Of a DNA stretch of 50,705 nucleotides, positions 9,248-18,155 are shown piece by piece (position 1 is the first letter of the stretch; each line of letters starts with the position of its first letter). Location: IMG/VR virus record IMGVR_UViG_3300017785_002213, positions 1 to 50,705 of that record. One strand, given 5' to 3'. The position numbers and the translations under genes were made by a program. Origin of the DNA: a virus (taxonomy: Duplodnaviria > Caudoviricetes). The notes beneath the pieces are model-generated. The model saw nothing but the letters and a program-made list of their open reading frames with translations, was not told the origin of the DNA and did not search any database.

Positions 9248-9290
9248 CCCCCATAGAGGAGCGGGAGTTTTCCCGCCCCTCAGTTGGGGA
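9248..9290 (-). terminator. Hairpin after the major capsid gene
   Basis: CCCC..GAGG.GCGGGA / TCCCGC.CCTC..GGGG inverted repeat. Confidence 0.55.
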
Positions 9291-9297
9291 TTATGGG

Positions 9298-10713
9298 TTA
9301 GGGTGTTGGAGCAACGATGTCGCCTACGCCTTCGCAGGAGTAGCAATCAGGGTTCGTGCTGCAAGCGGTGTAGGTGTTCAGTTCGCAGCAGGAGCCGTAA
9401 AGGTTACGGGCTTTCGGCATACGATGCAGGAACACATGGATAAGCGTTGGGTCTTTGACCTGTGCGGCGAGGCGGAACTGGGCTTGATAGAAGCCCGATT
9501 TGCGCCAGCGGTTGCACTCCCAATCTGGGTTCTTCCATTCCCAATCGCCAGCGTAGTTCTGGGTCATTTGTTGGGCTTGGCCGTATCCAGTCGAGGAAGG
9601 CATCGTCCACTTGGTCATCGCTTTGTTAACCATCGCGGCAGAGATCGCAAAGTCAGCGTTCTGGTAGTCGCGGTTAGGAACATACGAGCAACCGTTTTCT
9701 TGGGCGACCTTGACATAGCGAGGAACGCGAACGAGACGAGGCCATGTGGAGGCATCGCCTGCGCTGAACGGAGGCAGGGTTGCATTGAATGCGGAGTCCG
9801 CATTGAAACGGAGCGAGTTGATGTCGTAACCGAAACCGTAGTCGCCGATGATGCGGTTCACGCCCAGCTTGAGGCTGGTAAGGCGGCTGTCGAAGTCGGT
9901 GTTAGCATCCCAGTAACCATTGTTACGCTTGGCTTGGAAGTAAAGTCCACGGCCAACGCGAGGGTCAGGGATAACGATGTCGAGGAGAGGCATTCCAGCG
10001 GCCTCAGAGAGGTCGAGGCGGAAGGCGTCATCTTCGTTTTGGAGTTCGACGAGGGCATCGTCGAGCATATCCAACGAGAGGTAAGCGATCTTGTTCAGAT
10101 CAGCAGCGGCGACTTTGACACGGATGTGGCAGAGGTCGTAACCAGATTCGTTGTTGGTGGTATGCTCAGGGATATACCAAGCGGCGTCATCAAGGAGTCC
10201 GCAATAGACACCATCATCGTTAACGATACCAAGCCACTTGTGGCCTGCACCGCCGATGTAGTTGGCGCGGAGGAATTCCTCATGGACATTCTTGGTGATG
10301 CGAGCGTTCGACTCTTCAAACTGAAGGATCTCTTCAGCGGGGAAAAGGCGATAGAGCAAGCTCTCAACGCAAATCCAGTCCGTGGTCATCTCTTTGCGGA
10401 GAAGCTCGAAAGTGTAGCTCTCCGTGCCGGGGCGTTGGATGACTTCGGGTTTGCTGTCGCAGGAGTCCGTATTGCAGTAGGTGTCAACGATCTTGCGGAA
10501 CGGGCTGCAAGGATCATAGAAACCACGGCCAAAGCGGAAGCCTTTTTGCTCGGTGGTGTGATTGAGGGGCCATGCTTGCTCCTCGAAACGGGTGAAGTAG
10601 GTCGAGTTGGTGACGAGTTTCTTCACATAAAGGTCGTTGAAATATTCGCGACCTTCGCGGAAAAAGCTGTCAATCTCGGCGCACGAATTAAAATACAATT
10701 GCTCAGAGGCCAT
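9298..10713 (-). CDS. Major capsid protein (probable)
   Basis: 471 aa, downstream of portal and scaffold, strong C-ending codon bias, own promoter and terminator; assigned mainly by position. Confidence 0.75.
   Translation of the reverse strand: MASEQLYFNSCAEIDSFFREGREYFNDLYVKKLVTNSTYFTRFEEQAWPLNHTTEQKGFRFGRGFYDPCSPFRKIVDTYCNTDSCDSKPEVIQRPGTESYTFELLRKEMTTDWICVESLLYRLFPAEEILQFEESNARITKNVHEEFLRANYIGGAGHKWLGIVNDDGVYCGLLDDAAWYIPEHTTNNESGYDLCHIRVKVAAADLNKIAYLSLDMLDDALVELQNEDDAFRLDLSEAAGMPLLDIVIPDPRVGRGLYFQAKRNNGYWDANTDFDSRLTSLKLGVNRIIGDYGFGYDINSLRFNADSAFNATLPPFSAGDASTWPRLVRVPRYVKVAQENGCSYVPNRDYQNADFAISAAMVNKAMTKWTMPSSTGYGQAQQMTQNYAGDWEWKNPDWECNRWRKSGFYQAQFRLAAQVKDPTLIHVFLHRMPKARNLYGSCCELNTYTACSTNPDCYSCEGVGDIVAPTP
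10214..10229. repeat. Dispersed palindrome copy TCATCGTTAACGATAC
   Basis: 2 mismatches; inside the capsid gene (GIVND). Confidence 0.7.
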
Positions 10714-10756
10714 ATTGATTGATTTAGTTTATTGTTTGTTTGTTGTTTGGTTTGGT

Positions 10757-10937
10757 TTTAGCATCCGTAAGAAACTCGAAAATTCCAAAGCGAATGCTTT
10801 TTGTTTTCGAGCTGGATTCAACCCTCGGTGTCTTTTCAGACCAGTCCAGAATTACAGTTTGTTTGCGAGGTCTGTGACTCGCCAGTCTGGGTGCGACTGA
10901 ATCCCTAACGGCTCACGCCTTCGGATATCCCATTTCG
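10757..10937 (-). ncRNA. Structured 5' leader / candidate ncRNA upstream of the capsid gene
   Basis: Nested helices ATCCG/CGGAT, GGATTCA/TGAATCC, CAGTC/GACTG, GCGAG/CTCGC, GTCT-GAAA-AGAC, CTCGAAAA/TTTTCGAG. Confidence 0.55.
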
Positions 10938-10943
10938 GTGCGA

Positions 10944-10971
10944 AAAGTAATCGGTATAGAAAACCTGTCAA
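10944..10971 (-). promoter_or_regulatory. Sigma70-like promoter for capsid leader
   Basis: TTGACA-N16-TACTTT just downstream of the scaffold terminator. Confidence 0.55.
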
Positions 10972-10984
10972 ATCTTTTTTTAAA

Positions 10985-11030
10985 TAAAAATAAAAAGGGA
11001 GGAGTGCATCGCGATAACACTCCCCCCTTT
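10985..11030 (-). terminator. Rho-independent terminator after scaffold gene
   Basis: AAAGGGGGGAGTG...CACTCCTCCCTTTTT followed by a U-tract on the minus strand. Confidence 0.75.
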
Positions 11031-11049
11031 CAGCTTTGTTGGATCAGGG

Positions 11050-12342
11050 CTACGCGCTCGCAAGATTACGGCCAGATGGCGAGAACCTCGCCAGCTTTGC
11101 CGCCAGTCCCTCAGTCACATTCATCCGCCGTTGCTGAGATTCTGAAACGCGAGGAGTCGAGTCTACACGCGAAGCTCCCTTGAGCTTTCCGATGTATTCA
11201 TCTTTCTCCTTCACCATTTCTTGAAGTGCCTTCACTTGAGCGTGAAGTTTCTTGTAGGCCCGACCTTGGTTAATAAGTCGGTTCATTTCATCAACGGACG
11301 CTTCATCGCTCGATTGCTGGGTGGCAATGAGTGCAATGGCATCATCCTTCGATGTGTCGTATTTAATTCCCTTTTCTTTCATGTATGCCGCGATGTCATC
11401 AGAGATGCTGGATTCTTGCTCCACTTCCTGCGCCTGCTGTTTGTAGCTATCGTGCCATGTATTGATGAATTTATTTCGGGCTTCCTGTTCCTTACGCTTT
11501 GCGGCGTTTTGGATTTCAGTCTTGGTCTGCTGGTAATTGATCAATGCCTCAGAGTGGCGTTCCGTGGCATCAAGGTAGTCTTTGATGTAATCGGCGAACC
11601 TTACTTGCTTGAAGGTTCCCAAGCTGTTCGTGATTTCCTCGAAAGCCTCATCGCGCTCGCGCAAGGAAGCCGCTCGGTCATCTTCGTTCGTATGGTGGTA
11701 GACTGCTCCGTTTGCCGCAATCGCCCTTTGGAACAATGATTGGAGAGTGCTATCTTCGCCGATAATTGCCCGCGCTGAGTTGTAGCTTTGCTTGATCGGC
11801 TCAAAGTATTGCTTCTGGAAATCGGGATTGCTGGTCAGATCATGGAAGTCCAACTTGCCGCGAAGGTCTGCGATCTCTTTTGAAAGGTTAGCTTCCAGCT
11901 CTGCCTTCTCTTCGTTGGCTTTATTAAGCTGGGCTTGGTAGTGGTTAGCCTCTGCTGTTGTAGAAGAGTTCTCAACCAATGCTTCAAGCTCCGCAATTTT
12001 CTGCGTATACTTAGGAACCTCGTCCTTCTTGAACTTCTCCAACTCTTCTTTGAGTCGGCGGTTCTCCTCGATCTGCTTCTGAACAAACCCAGATTTCTTG
12101 ATGTTCAAATCTTTCTTAGGCTCGTTATCGTTAACGATAACTTCAGATTCATCTTCGATTGGCTCCTCTTCTGATTGGCGCATACCAATCATTGGGTCGC
12201 CGACATTGGTTCCGCTTGGCTTGCCGTCATCGGCTTGCTGTTTGCTGAACTTGGCAAGGAAGTCCTTAGTGTTCCCTTTAATAGGAACCTCTGGCTTGCT
12301 TGTTAGGTCTTTGATGATTTCTGCTGTGGTTTGTTCGCTCAT
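11050..12342 (-). CDS. Putative capsid scaffolding protein
   Basis: Charged, coiled-coil-rich, between portal and capsid genes. Confidence 0.6.
   Translation of the reverse strand: MSEQTTAEIIKDLTSKPEVPIKGNTKDFLAKFSKQQADDGKPSGTNVGDPMIGMRQSEEEPIEDESEVIVNDNEPKKDLNIKKSGFVQKQIEENRRLKEELEKFKKDEVPKYTQKIAELEALVENSSTTAEANHYQAQLNKANEEKAELEANLSKEIADLRGKLDFHDLTSNPDFQKQYFEPIKQSYNSARAIIGEDSTLQSLFQRAIAANGAVYHHTNEDDRAASLRERDEAFEEITNSLGTFKQVRFADYIKDYLDATERHSEALINYQQTKTEIQNAAKRKEQEARNKFINTWHDSYKQQAQEVEQESSISDDIAAYMKEKGIKYDTSKDDAIALIATQQSSDEASVDEMNRLINQGRAYKKLHAQVKALQEMVKEKDEYIGKLKGASRVDSTPRVSESQQRRMNVTEGLAAKLARFSPSGRNLASA
12125..12140. repeat. Dispersed palindrome (perfect)
   Basis: Inside the scaffold CDS (VIVNDN). 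Confidence 0.95.
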
Positions 12343-12581
12343 AGGTCTTGTAGATCAGGGTCTGATATTGCGTTTTCTTCAACATGGATGGTTGGTTTTT
12401 TGGTTTTCTTGAATTGGGTAGGTGTATCCTCTCCAATTGAGTTTATCCTGTTGAAGATGTCCCTTGCCGTATCAATGCCGCTCGATGGTTGTGCGGTCAT
12501 TAGTAGGTAGGTTTGTAGAGTAGCCCAATCCTCATGGTTGGCTATGCTTGCACAGAGGCTTTTGATTTTATCGGTTTTCAT
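12339..12581 (-). CDS. Hypothetical protein
   Basis: Overlapping start/stop coupling on both sides. Confidence 0.65.
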   Translation of the reverse strand: MKTDKIKSLCASIANHEDWATLQTYLLMTAQPSSGIDTARDIFNRINSIGEDTPTQFKKTKKPTIHVEENAISDPDLQDL

Positions 12582-13342
12582 TGTTGAGGTAATTTTGATT
12601 GAACCCAGTCAGCCCATTTTTTTTGCATTGGGGTTATTTGTCCAGCCGATTCGTCTCCAGTTAGTATCCTCGCAAGGATGCTGTGCTTGAGTGGCGTTTT
12701 ATCTTTTATTTTCCCGTATTGAGTTCCAGCAAATGCCTTCTCTTGTTCTGGTGTCAGATTGAATTTCAGATCAACATTGTTCTCTTCAAGCCAATGCCGT
12801 ATTGCTTCATTCTTAGCAACGGCCATTTTCTGCTCTTTTCCAAGTGAGCTAAATGGATTCAGAACGATTGATCGAGGAGTATCGGTTGGAGATTCGTTTT
12901 TCCCCGCGCCCCACATCATTCCAGTTGTATTCGGATTTTCCTTGAACCATTTCATCAATTCTTCATCTGGTTCTACAATCGGATAGCCAAGGATTTTATC
13001 TGTTAGTTTCCTTGGTGTTTTTGGTATTTCCTCTTCTTGAGCAAAGAACGGAAGACCTTTCGCTTCTCTTTGTTTGGCAAATTCTACCGACTTGGTGATA
13101 ATCCTTTTGTTTAGCTCTGGATTGGCTGATCTTATTTTATCATCTGGCGTAGATAGAATGTATTTCAATTCTTCATCATCAAGAGTCGGAACCATCGTTG
13201 GAATCAGTTTCTCACCAGTTCCCCAATCAATGCCAATAGACATTTCTGTTGATACATCCTTTGGATTATCTAGGCGCGACATTGCACCCAAAAAACCTAA
13301 TCCTTTTGATGAGCCGTCTGGCCTTTTGTTCATTCCATTCAT
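12578..13342 (-). CDS. Hypothetical protein
   Basis: Likely start MNGMNKRPDG at 13342, immediately after the portal stop; the longer ORF-track version overlaps the portal. Confidence 0.6.
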   Translation of the reverse strand: MNGMNKRPDGSSKGLGFLGAMSRLDNPKDVSTEMSIGIDWGTGEKLIPTMVPTLDDEELKYILSTPDDKIRSANPELNKRIITKSVEFAKQREAKGLPFFAQEEEIPKTPRKLTDKILGYPIVEPDEELMKWFKENPNTTGMMWGAGKNESPTDTPRSIVLNPFSSLGKEQKMAVAKNEAIRHWLEENNVDLKFNLTPEQEKAFAGTQYGKIKDKTPLKHSILARILTGDESAGQITPMQKKWADWVQSKLPQQ

Positions 13343-13343
13343 G

Positions 13344-15833
13344 TTATTGAATTGGTGGTGGAGGCTGCTCTTCTTCCTGCTCCATTGGCTTTGCTTCAGT
13401 TTCTTCCATCTCAACTTCTTCGCCGGGAGTCTCGATCTCTTCTTCCTCTTCTTCCATCTCTGGAGCCTGTTGCATAGGCTGGGCTTTGCCCATTGTCTTT
13501 TGAATCTCGGCGCGAGCCTTGGCCTTCTGAAGCGCGAGTTGGGTAATACCCTGCTGCTTGCGTTGCTCTGTGCGCTGGGCGTGGCTGACAGATGCCTTGC
13601 CGATAGAGATGTCTGCGAGCTTCTGCTTGGTGTCGATCTCGATACCAGACTTGGCCGCGAGGTATTGGAGCTTGATGTCTTCCTCGGACATTCCTTTGCC
13701 TTGAGCCTGCTGTTCGCTCTGGAGCATTTCTTGGTAGATAGCGTTGATCTCGTCGCCCATCTTTCCAGCTTGTCCCATGCCTTCCATGAACTGCTTGAGG
13801 AAGTCTTGCTTGGACTGGTCTTTGGCGATGAACTCCACATGGGCCATGATGTGACCACCCTTGAACTGGATGGAGCGCACAACCTTGGCGAGTTCGTTGA
13901 CATCCGCTGCGCCTTGCTGGATCGCTTCCATGTTGGTTTGAATCTGCATCATCATGTCTTGGAAATGACCAGCAGCGTGTTCAAGATGAGGATCGGTTGG
14001 CAAGACAGGGAAGTTTGCTGGGTTCACAAACACATCCGTCATACCTGCGTTCTCGAAACCAATGATACGGGCAGTATCATCAATCTTGCTCATCTTCATA
14101 TTGCGATACCTAGCTACATTGTCCCGCCCCGCCAAAGCTGCGATGGCGTCTTTAACGGCATTCTCTTGTCCTTCGTTGGCTGGTGTGATCGAAGTAAGTT
14201 GAACAAGTTTCTCCGCTGTGATGAGCTTGAAACTAGGGCTTCCTGCTCCGTTGATGAGGTTGCTTCGGATACTTGTGATGTTCTTCCATGCGGCAGCTTC
14301 TTTAGGAGTTCCAAGTTCCTCAAGAATTTCGTAGAATTTTTTGACATACTCGTATCCCTCGTCATTGCGAGTTGAGGATACAAATCGGCGGTATAGCTCA
14401 CGGAAGTAGAGAGTTTCGCACTCGTTGAAACGCCTGATTTGTGTTCCAGAAAGTTTTGCCGATTCCGCCGCATCGAGTTCCGCTTCACCCTTGGTGCGTT
14501 GCGCTCCTCCTGCCGTTGGTGCATTGATTCGATACTGGCCTAGTCCTCGATAGAGATCGCCCATGTAGAACTGCATGAACTGCATTCCCTCTGCGACTGG
14601 CATCTGGAACCTGTTCTGCGTGAACTTGGCTCCATCTGGCATAACGCTGATCGGCAACCATTCCATCTGCTTGAGCATCTTGGTTGAGTCTGGCGACCCT
14701 CCATCCAATAGAAGCATGGAGTTCAAGCGAACGGCATCCACAAGCCCGTTCATCGTGAAGTCATACTGGCGGCAGGCTACGAACGCCGCTTCTGCTTGGG
14801 ACTTGATGTCGTGGAATAATCCACTACCCACCGAGTCGGTGAGCATATAGATGATTTCATCCCACTTGTCGAAAAGCCCGACATTAAGTTGGAGGAACCC
14901 ATGTTGGTCACGGACAATTTCTTCGCTGACTTTTTCGCTGCCTTTGACATACTGGTTGATGTATTGGCTGATCGGGTTGTAGTCTTGGAGGATGACTGCT
15001 TTGGAGATTTTGCCGTCGAATTCCCTCCAGTAGATTTCGTAGAGGTCGATCTTTTGGTTGACCGAGAGCGACCAGTTGAATCCGCTTTCCGAGATCGTGC
15101 GGAAGAAGTCTTCCCTTGTTTTGTTGTGTTCTGAAAAAGCCCTGTGGAATCTAATGGCGTCCACAACTGCATCGACATTCCACCCAAGGTCTTCGGCGGC
15201 AGATCGGTTTTCGATGATCTTGTAGAGTTGGTATGGGGTGAGTCGAACTCTCCGCACAAACTCTTCCAGATTAGAGAGATCACATTTAATATCGTCCGGG
15301 AACAAGAGGTCAGAAAGCGGAACATATTCTGGCATCCACCCAAGAGGAGAGTGCCACATGCCGATGCCTTTTCCGTAGAGCAGCATCGATTCAAGTTCTT
15401 GCTCTTTGTTGTAGAGATACCCCGGCCATTCGCGGATCGCTTTGTCGAACGCGAGCGTGATGTTTTCTGTGTGGACGAGTCTTTCTTTTTCATTGCCATA
15501 TTTTGTTTCGATTGATGCACAAGCCTGACGCTCTGTAATTACATCGTAGTAACTGGACTTCTGGTTGTTGACGATGAACTCCATCTGCCCCCAGTTCACA
15601 TCGGCCTGCCAAGGTAACTTCTTCTCAGCCAACTTGCTATATCCAGTAGGCGGAAATCGTTTGTAGCTTTTGTATACCCGAATGCGTTTATTCTCGCGGC
15701 CTAAATTTGACAGAGAAAGATTGTTCGCAATATTGTATGCGTGATTGGCTGATGAAATCCTAGTATTTGGGACTTCACCATTTGGGCCGAGAGTTAAAAG
15801 TGAAAAGTTGTCTGATCCGACTGAGATAGGCAT
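13344..15833 (-). CDS. Portal protein (probable)
   Basis: 829 aa, helical, Q/E-rich C-terminus, upstream of scaffold and capsid, near the terminase. Confidence 0.7.
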   Translation of the reverse strand: MPISVGSDNFSLLTLGPNGEVPNTRISSANHAYNIANNLSLSNLGRENKRIRVYKSYKRFPPTGYSKLAEKKLPWQADVNWGQMEFIVNNQKSSYYDVITERQACASIETKYGNEKERLVHTENITLAFDKAIREWPGYLYNKEQELESMLLYGKGIGMWHSPLGWMPEYVPLSDLLFPDDIKCDLSNLEEFVRRVRLTPYQLYKIIENRSAAEDLGWNVDAVVDAIRFHRAFSEHNKTREDFFRTISESGFNWSLSVNQKIDLYEIYWREFDGKISKAVILQDYNPISQYINQYVKGSEKVSEEIVRDQHGFLQLNVGLFDKWDEIIYMLTDSVGSGLFHDIKSQAEAAFVACRQYDFTMNGLVDAVRLNSMLLLDGGSPDSTKMLKQMEWLPISVMPDGAKFTQNRFQMPVAEGMQFMQFYMGDLYRGLGQYRINAPTAGGAQRTKGEAELDAAESAKLSGTQIRRFNECETLYFRELYRRFVSSTRNDEGYEYVKKFYEILEELGTPKEAAAWKNITSIRSNLINGAGSPSFKLITAEKLVQLTSITPANEGQENAVKDAIAALAGRDNVARYRNMKMSKIDDTARIIGFENAGMTDVFVNPANFPVLPTDPHLEHAAGHFQDMMMQIQTNMEAIQQGAADVNELAKVVRSIQFKGGHIMAHVEFIAKDQSKQDFLKQFMEGMGQAGKMGDEINAIYQEMLQSEQQAQGKGMSEEDIKLQYLAAKSGIEIDTKQKLADISIGKASVSHAQRTEQRKQQGITQLALQKAKARAEIQKTMGKAQPMQQAPEMEEEEEEIETPGEEVEMEETEAKPMEQEEEQPPPPIQ

Positions 15834-15839
15834 AATGAG

Positions 15840-15855
15840 TTATCGTTAACGATAG
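15840..15855. repeat. Dispersed palindrome TTATCGTTAACGATAG
   Basis: 1 mismatch; 6 bp upstream of the portal ATG. Confidence 0.9.
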
Positions 15856-15857
15856 AG

Positions 15858-16235
15858 TTATTTGTTGAACATATTGTTTAACGCTTGTCGGCGTTTCATG
15901 CAACTAGAGCATCCCTTCGCTCTTTTTTCAAGACCTGTTCCTGCTATTCTGTCAACTACTCTTGCCACACCATGAATGGCTTGCGCTACTCTATCTCCTG
16001 CTCCCATCCAACACCTATCTGCTGGTTGGCGTTCGCAGATTTGCGTTTCGATAACATCAGCAAGATCGACTGGTGCAGTAACGCCGTTCGATCTCATGTC
16101 TTTGATGGTATTCTCAATCAAGCGCGACAATGATTCTCCATAGACAGTCGCTGGGAATTCAAGATTGTTACGGGTTATCGTATAACGATACCACCAACCC
16201 CCTACAGGAGCGCGTCTAGGTTCTTTAAGTTTCAT
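15858..16235 (-). CDS. Hypothetical protein with Cys motifs
   Basis: Likely start MKLKEPRR; contains ICERQ, RCW, GCSSC. Confidence 0.65.
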   Translation of the reverse strand: MKLKEPRRAPVGGWWYRYTITRNNLEFPATVYGESLSRLIENTIKDMRSNGVTAPVDLADVIETQICERQPADRCWMGAGDRVAQAIHGVARVVDRIAGTGLEKRAKGCSSCMKRRQALNNMFNK

Positions 16236-16272
16236 CTTGCCTTGCGCGTGAAGATGAGGTTTCATCCTTTCC

Positions 16273-18126
16273 ATGTCAAGAAAAATTGTTTCTCAGAATG
16301 GCATTCGGAAATACGGGATGGTCTTCCCAGAAAACATGAACCCGCTTGAGATAGAGCTTTATTGCTACGCTTTAACCCGTGGTGATTATGGAAGGACGAT
16401 GCGAGTTAAGAAGAACATGGAGCTTTCTGACTACAAACTTTTGTCGCCATACGAACACTTCATCATGGCTGTCCAGTATATGTGGCCGACTGATGTTGTG
16501 ATTAAGAATCGCGGTTATACCAATACCCAACTTCTTAGGACTCTTGAGGAGTTGTGCAACAATGACGATGTGTGTCTTGCAGGCGCGGCCTCGATGGGTA
16601 AATCATTTCCAGTCGGTCTTTGGATTTATTTGGACTGGTGCGCTGCTCCACATTGCACATCTTCTTGGGTTGCCACTACAACCCTTGGAGCTTCGGAAGA
16701 TCGTATCTGGGGTATCATCTCGAAACTATGGAAGTGTGCGTCCAATAAGATTGGGAACCTCGTTGACTATCGCCACATGATTGTATGGGGTGGCGCGGAT
16801 GGTGGAGATGAGAAGGACTACCGCAATGCTATCAAGGCTATTGCTTTCCCTCCCGGCTCTGAAGGCCAGAAGGCGATTGATACCACCCGTGGTCGTAAGA
16901 ACGATAGGATCAGAGTAGCCTTGGACGAGTTGCCCGAAATGGAGATGGGCGCGATTAACATTAGGCAGAACCTTTCCTCTAACGATGACAAGGTTTTTAT
17001 TGGTATCGGAAACCCGTCCGCTGGAGACAATCCTCACACCCGCTGGGCTATGCCTAAAGGTCACACTAGCTTCGATGCGGTGAGTGCCGATATGGAGAAG
17101 TGGGAGACTGAAACAGGCGTATGCTTGTTCTACAACGGCATGAAGTCTCCTAACTTCCAAGCTCCTCCTAATGAACCTTCTCCATTCCCGTTCCTAATGG
17201 ATCGCAAGAAACAAGCGGACATTTTAAAGATGTCCTATGGTGACGAGAACTCCGTGGACTATGTGCGTAACGCTATTGGTTGGTGGCCTAAGTCTGGCTT
17301 TGCCCAAACGATCCTAACCGCCGATGTCATTCGTAATGCTGATACCTACTCAGAACCTATCTGGGATCACAATGAACTTATCAAGATTGCTGGCTTCGAT
17401 ACTGCTTTCACGGCTGGTGGTGACAGATGTGTTCTGACTATCTGCAAGCTAGGATATGTCCGTGGAACCTCACAAAAGGTTATGTATCTTGAAAACCAAG
17501 AAGTCATCCAGATCGCCGCTGGTCAAGCTACAGAGTTCGATGTTCAAGTCGCCGCGAAGGTAGTTGATCTATGCCGCAAGTATGATGTAAAGCCTAGTAA
17601 GTTTGGTATGGATGTCAGCGGTGATGGTGGCCGAATCGGGCAGGCTATCATGCGCGAGTGGCTACGGCATGATAAGGATGGTTCTTCTATCGCTCTTATT
17701 TCTTCTATGGGTCGCCCGACTGATCGTATCGCAGCCGATGTCGATAAGCGAGCTTGCACCGAAGTCTATGATCGTTTGATCTCCGAGTATTGGTATTCAG
17801 CCTTCCACGGTTTTAAGGCTAGAGTTATCTATGGAGTCGAAGCATCTGGTGAACTAGGCCGCGAACTCTGCCTTCGTAGGTATCGCACTAAGAACAAGAA
17901 GATTTCTGTCGAAACTAAAGACGATTACAAAGCGAGAACTGGATTCTCTCCTGACTTGGCTGATTCATTTCTCTATGCACTAGAGATGTCACGCCGCAAT
18001 GGTCTTGCTTTTATCGGTAACGATAAACCTGTTCCTACAGATCGCTTCTGGGCTAGGCGCGAGGCAGAAGTTAAACCGATGTCCGATGATGAATACTATA
18101 TGTCAGACGATGACGGGGAAGACTGA
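16273..18126 (+). CDS. terL: Terminase large subunit
   Basis: Walker A GAASMGKS, Walker B VALDE, IGNP coupling motif, RNase-H-like GFDTA..GGD and SPDLADS. Confidence 0.85.
   Translation: MSRKIVSQNGIRKYGMVFPENMNPLEIELYCYALTRGDYGRTMRVKKNMELSDYKLLSPYEHFIMAVQYMWPTDVVIKNRGYTNTQLLRTLEELCNNDDVCLAGAASMGKSFPVGLWIYLDWCAAPHCTSSWVATTTLGASEDRIWGIISKLWKCASNKIGNLVDYRHMIVWGGADGGDEKDYRNAIKAIAFPPGSEGQKAIDTTRGRKNDRIRVALDELPEMEMGAINIRQNLSSNDDKVFIGIGNPSAGDNPHTRWAMPKGHTSFDAVSADMEKWETETGVCLFYNGMKSPNFQAPPNEPSPFPFLMDRKKQADILKMSYGDENSVDYVRNAIGWWPKSGFAQTILTADVIRNADTYSEPIWDHNELIKIAGFDTAFTAGGDRCVLTICKLGYVRGTSQKVMYLENQEVIQIAAGQATEFDVQVAAKVVDLCRKYDVKPSKFGMDVSGDGGRIGQAIMREWLRHDKDGSSIALISSMGRPTDRIAADVDKRACTEVYDRLISEYWYSAFHGFKARVIYGVEASGELGRELCLRRYRTKNKKISVETKDDYKARTGFSPDLADSFLYALEMSRRNGLAFIGNDKPVPTDRFWARREAEVKPMSDDEYYMSDDDGED
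18011..18026. repeat. Dispersed palindrome TTATCGGTAACGATAA
   Basis: Arms intact, GTAA spacer; inside terL. Confidence 0.9.
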
Positions 18127-18155
18127 GCGATGCATGGCGTGCAGTTGCTCATATT

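Noticed and set aside
9220-10722. 500-aa plus-strand ORF, and similar long antisense ORFs (13074..14375, 7102..7944)
   Set aside because: Mirror frames of strongly codon-biased minus-strand genes; no recognisable motifs.
13343-13903. N-terminal 187 aa of the 441-aa ORF 12578..13903
   Set aside because: Out-of-frame overlap with the portal C-terminus with Ser/Arg-rich shadow composition; a good ATG exists at 13342.
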